Both the position numbers and the translations under genes were made by a program. From Phoronis australis (taxonomy: Eukaryota; Animalia; Phoronida): a DNA stretch of 64,000 bases. The stretch covers positions 1,087,755-1,151,754 of the forward strand of contig NMRA01000001.1 of assembly GCA_002633005.1 (NCBI GenBank), written 5' to 3'. Below are positions 59,611 to 64,000 of the stretch, in pieces; positions within the stretch are counted from its first letter, which is position 1; the number at the start of each line of letters is the position of its first letter. The notes under the pieces were generated by a model. The model made no database searches. It saw only the letters and a list, made by a program, of their open reading frames with translations, and had not been told where the DNA came from.

Positions 59611-62600
59611 TTATGTGCACTTCATGACCAACTTAAAGGAGTCGCTGAAAAATGTTCCATCATTATCTCCACCTCCAAACACAAAAACTTCCTCTTCCTC
59701 GGTACTGAAATTGTCAGCTGACACACACAAGGCCGTGTGGCCAGCCCTAGCTGTCAGCGATGGTCTACAGTCTATGGACATCCAGCAATTGGTGCCTGAA
59801 ACAACGGTCAATATAATTGTGATCAGAATTATAGCTACTGAGAACCAGACATATTTCTATTTCTAACTACCCTCAAAAACAGACAGCAACCTTACATTTG
59901 GCCTCATTTTGCAATGAACTATCTTCAAATCACACCATTATGCAAATATGAACGACATAAAGACTTTCTTTTTTATTATACGCTGTACATAACTGGTCAC
60001 TCCTCACTCGGATGAGGAGTGGTTTCACAGCTTGTGAAGAACTGACGGTTCAGACCATTCTCTGCACCGAAAATTACTAGCAGGGTGAAGCCAAGTCATT
60101 GAGTTGGGTTTCAAGCAATAGCATACGGTCAGTTCCCCCACAGCCCGGAAATCACTGTTCAATCTGAGTACAAAACAATTTGAAACTCATTTTACAACAA
60201 AGAGCAGTGTAAATCAAAAACAATTTTTGACAGAAGACTGGTTTTTAGTAGCTTAATTTAAAATATTTCAGTAATTGGAATACAACTAAAAATGTAGTAA
60301 CAAGCAACATAATAAAATGTTTTATAAAAAACATGATTTCTAGCAAGAGAATGATAGATAGGTAAGCTAGAAAACACAATAAATGTTGACACCTGCAAGT
60401 AAAACTACATGAACACAATGTAACTTACTAAAGATATGAGAATATAGAAAAACATTTTGTTGAAATTAACATAAACTCAAATAATATGAAAAACAAAAAG
60501 ATTTGAATTTTATGAAGAACTGAATAAGCATGTAGACACCTTCATGAAATTGCGTAAGAGTCACTTACAAGAGTGTCTGATTTTGAGAACCAGTTTCTTT
60601 CATGGAATCACAGGCATCAGACTGGTTCTCGCAATCCGGGGCCTCTGTGAGAGACTAGAGCCTACAATCCAATACTCACTGATATCCAAAATGAATGTGT
60701 CCTGAAGCACTTCATCCCCATTGTAGCCTCCTGAGATAACGACACGTTTCCCTGGTAATGCACACGAAGCATGCCAACACCTGGCACTAGGTGGCGTCCC
60801 AGTAGCATCTAATACTTTCCACTCGACAAACACTAAATAGAAAGACGCATGCATAAAATTTTTTGCATGAATAAAGTCAAAACAATGACAAAAAAAGAGA
60901 CAAACAGAGGAAACGGGAAATCAACTAAGAGGAAATCGAAACCAAACAAAAGAGAGGAAATCTCTTAAAAGAGGAAATTCCAAGTCCTGAATATGCTCTA
61001 ATAGGGGGGCACTACATTTTGAACAATACCCTGACTTTAAGAACAGTTGTATTTTCTCAGCTGATTCTAAAAACCCAAAGAAAAGAACATCTTTTACTTT
61101 GAATTTAGATGTTGTTTGCTGTCTGCTTTTATTTTTACAAACCAGAAAAGTTCTGCAGCCATTCTCCCGGTAGAACTGTGAATTTTTTTTTTTGGTTGAA
61201 AATTATTCATGCATCCGATTAATTTAGCAAATTAAAGTTGATGATGGAATAGTTCACATCAACGTTATTTATTTTGATCTGCGAATGTTACCGACAAGTA
61301 TTAGTTAAAAGCTTAGAATATTCTGCCTAAAATATGGACTGATTATCACCCCGTTTCGTTTAGCTAACATGACCATCAGTTTCATAAAGGACACTATAGC
61401 AGAGTGGTTAGGATTGCCTACTCTCACTTCTGAGGTTCATGTTGACTGGCAGACAACTAGCATTGCACCACTTGTCTCTTGTCTCCTAATGTTCGGTCTT
61501 AACTAGATTTTGTGAAAGGGAGGAAATGTGGTACGCATGTGTTTAGGGCCACGTCGAAAGCACTACCTTTGGAGAAGAATTTAAAGAACATCAAGCAAAG
61601 TAAAGATATTTTGTCAGACCAGCAACACAGACAGCACACAGCATTGGAATCACTTACTCATGTCTAGCACATGAAGGTCGTTATAACACATGGGAGCATC
61701 CCAACCACCAAACACCACCAACTGATCACCAACCAAGGTAGCGGAATGACTGCAATGACATATTGGTTCGATTCAATTATCAGTTAACACCGACAGTCAG
61801 ATGGCACAAATAAACCGTCCCAGCTATTGAAACGGAGACCTTCGACAACTGCGTTCCAGGCAGCTATCCAGAGCTATCATGATGTCAAGCACAACAAAAC
61901 TTTCAGACTGGAGAGAGAATTGTAGCAATTTAATAAAATTGGATATCAAATTACTAGTTTTACAGAACTCAGAGGTAACTGCTTAGCCTAATGGCATTTC
62001 TTTATAACTGACTAAATTATTTACTTTTGTTTGAGTCGTAAGGTGTCGTAACACAAAACAAGCCCTGCCACAGGCTTTATATGCAAAGCATGATTGTTAC
62101 AATGTGTTGTTACAGTAATACAAGCATTATAATTGAGAATATTCTCAATGTTCGCAAATATATTTTACAATTATTTAGCTAGTAAACGAATACAAATTTT
62201 TGTCTAAAAGGCCTGTTTAGATGCACACATAAATATGTGGGCACATAAACACTACTTGTTCCACACTACCAGAAGCTTTTCAGTCCATGCTCACTTGTGT
62301 GAATGCTCAATCTGTTTAGCATACAAGCCAATTGAGCACAACCTTTAGAATCAGCGCATATTATTCAAACAACAATGATCAACGTTTCAGTCTATTACCT
62401 ATAAACCAGTCCCAAGACAAAAGTTTACGACATTCCAATCAGCTGACACAGGTGGATAAGAGACTGTACAGGTAAACATCAAAATGCATTGTGAGGGAAG
62501 AGACCAGAAATCAAAACAATTGGAGCTCAAGTGAACCAATGTTTCTATTGAGATAGTGCTCAGCCAAGTGAATCACAAGCAAGAACACAGTTTTGAAGTC

Positions 62601-62843
62601 AAACAAATTGATGACCCAAATTAATTCTCTGGCATCTGACGCTTACCCAGAGCGTGCAGCTGGCTTGTTGCCCATGACGATGGGTTGATACCAGTTTTGT
62701 TCCATTGGACTGTAGATTTGGATGTCGTTACTGCAGCCGTCTGGCTGGGGGTCGGGATTGGGGTAGACACCTCCAAAGATCCACAGCTCATAGCGATATA
62801 AGGTGGCCGAGTGGTAGGCTCTGTGGGGTGCAATACCATTCAC
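59611..62843 (-). CDS. Kelch-repeat beta-propeller protein (RABEPK/KLHDC-like family), last four exons; 5' part lies beyond the window
   Basis: Phase-consistent exons 62843-62647, 61749-61658, 60832-60680 and 59795-59611. Kelch motifs RAYHSATL..LWIFGG, RSGHSATL..LVVFGGWD, RCWHASC..VVISGGYNG and RAGHTAL..VFVFGGGD. Confidence 0.88.
60559..60656. repeat. Short palindromic interspersed repeat, copy 3
   Basis: AGTCACTTACAAGAG..GATTTTGAGAACCAGTTT..AGACTGGTTCTCGCAATC..CTCTGTGAGAGACT. Confidence 0.65.
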
Positions 62844-63109
62844 CTAAACAAATGTGATGATGAAAAAGATGCTGTTGAACTCATTTCTGCAAAGCCAAAT
62901 GATTATCTGGAATGCCTTAACAAATTTATTAACACATAACATAAGCTATTCTTTTCCTCATAACCTGAGAAACGACGATGAAACACATGCCGGTCTCACG
63001 TCAAATCTGGCAAAAGATCCCTCTGTTGTGTTATTCCTGTTTATGTTGCTAAAAATAGAGATGGGAGACCACGGCTTGCTGTAACATTATTCGTTACCAC
63101 CCCCACTCT

Positions 63110-63596
63110 CAGGGCTTGGAATGACCAATGACAAAAAACGCGGAAACTTTTACGGCCCAAATAATGCGCGCTACCCAGCCTTGAAATGGTCGACCTTTCC
63201 CCCGCGACATGGAGGACTAAAAAAAAACGTTACCACCATCAGTAGCATGCGTCTGCGTCCTTTTAGGTCGCCCGTCGACTCCGAATCCACACATTTTGGA
63301 TGCAGAGCCCTAGTATTTGTCGCCGCGGTTTACAGTAACACGAGACGCCATTGAAAATCCCACCACGCTATCCCAGATGCCCCGGCAATGTTGACAATTT
63401 ACGTTCCTCCAAAACATAAAGAGCAACTTCCACTTTTCGAGGTGAACGTTGTCTGCAACGCCGCGGTAAGAAAGGAGTTTGCCGTGGAAATTTTATATCA
63501 AATCTGATTTTTTTACGCGGAAATATTATAAAATGCGCGGAAAGAACATTTGAAAAAAGCGGAAATCCGCGTTTCCGCGGAAAATTCCAAGCCCTG
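63110..63596 (-). mobile_element. hAT-like MITE, copy 2, 6-bp TSD
   Basis: Same TIR CAGGGCTTGGAAT...ATTCCAAGCCCTG; flanked by CACTCT on both sides; inverted copy of 26176-26696 with internal indels. Confidence 0.9.
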
Positions 63597-64000
63597 CACT
63601 CTCCCCTATCGTCAAATCGAAGGATATGTAATGAAAACATGCCACTTCAATTTTGTAACTGCAAGTGAACACGGGGGATGCACTCAATCAAATCAATAAT
63701 ACCCCACTAATACCACACAGTAAAATAGTATTCCGTAATTTCCTAGCTGAGCACACAAGCTCCAAAAAACAGGATAGGGTAACATGCTGCTAGGACCAAG
63801 GCAGCCTAGCACTCTTTCCTAGCGGCAGCACAAAACCGAAAGAAGTCGGTTTGATTTGACAAGCATACCGAATCAAGAGGGTGGGCTTACACTCGAGGAG
63901 AAGAGCAAATACATAAGAAAGATGGGGGTAAGCTTATACCTGGCAGAGAGGTCATACCTGGGGAGATAGAGTTTTACTGTAAGTCGGGAAAGTTTCTTTA

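Noticed and set aside
63939-63957. Possible kelch-gene microexon on the minus strand near the window end
   Set aside because: Splice-like signals are present but there is no kelch similarity, and the upstream context is outside the window.

Overview
AT-rich, intron-rich animal DNA, probably from an invertebrate bilaterian; no prokaryotic or CRISPR features. Four spliced host genes can be assembled by hand from GT-AG junctions with consistent phases. (1) CEP152/asterless-like centriole gene, + strand, 400-39381, 24 coding exons, about 1830 aa, with a ~20 kb first coding intron. (2) A secreted PAN/apple plus C-type-lectin-domain gene, - strand, 46815-41072, spanning an assembly gap. (3) FBXO28, + strand, 50590-54113. 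(4) The 3' part of a kelch-repeat gene, - strand, 62843-59611. The large CEP152 intron holds an internally deleted Kolobok-type DNA transposon (2926-4866) with 158-bp TIRs, a decayed THAP-transposase and a convergent Cys-rich ORF resembling the P2X7 C-terminal ballast/KolX domain. The same intron has a candidate alternative first coding exon. Other repeats are two copies of a hAT-like MITE with 6-bp TSDs, several smaller MITEs, minisatellites, and a Helentron/HINE-like element carrying co-oriented CTCF-like motifs. Family assignments come from recognising motifs by eye, not from database searches. I cannot establish a truly undescribed system from this sequence alone.
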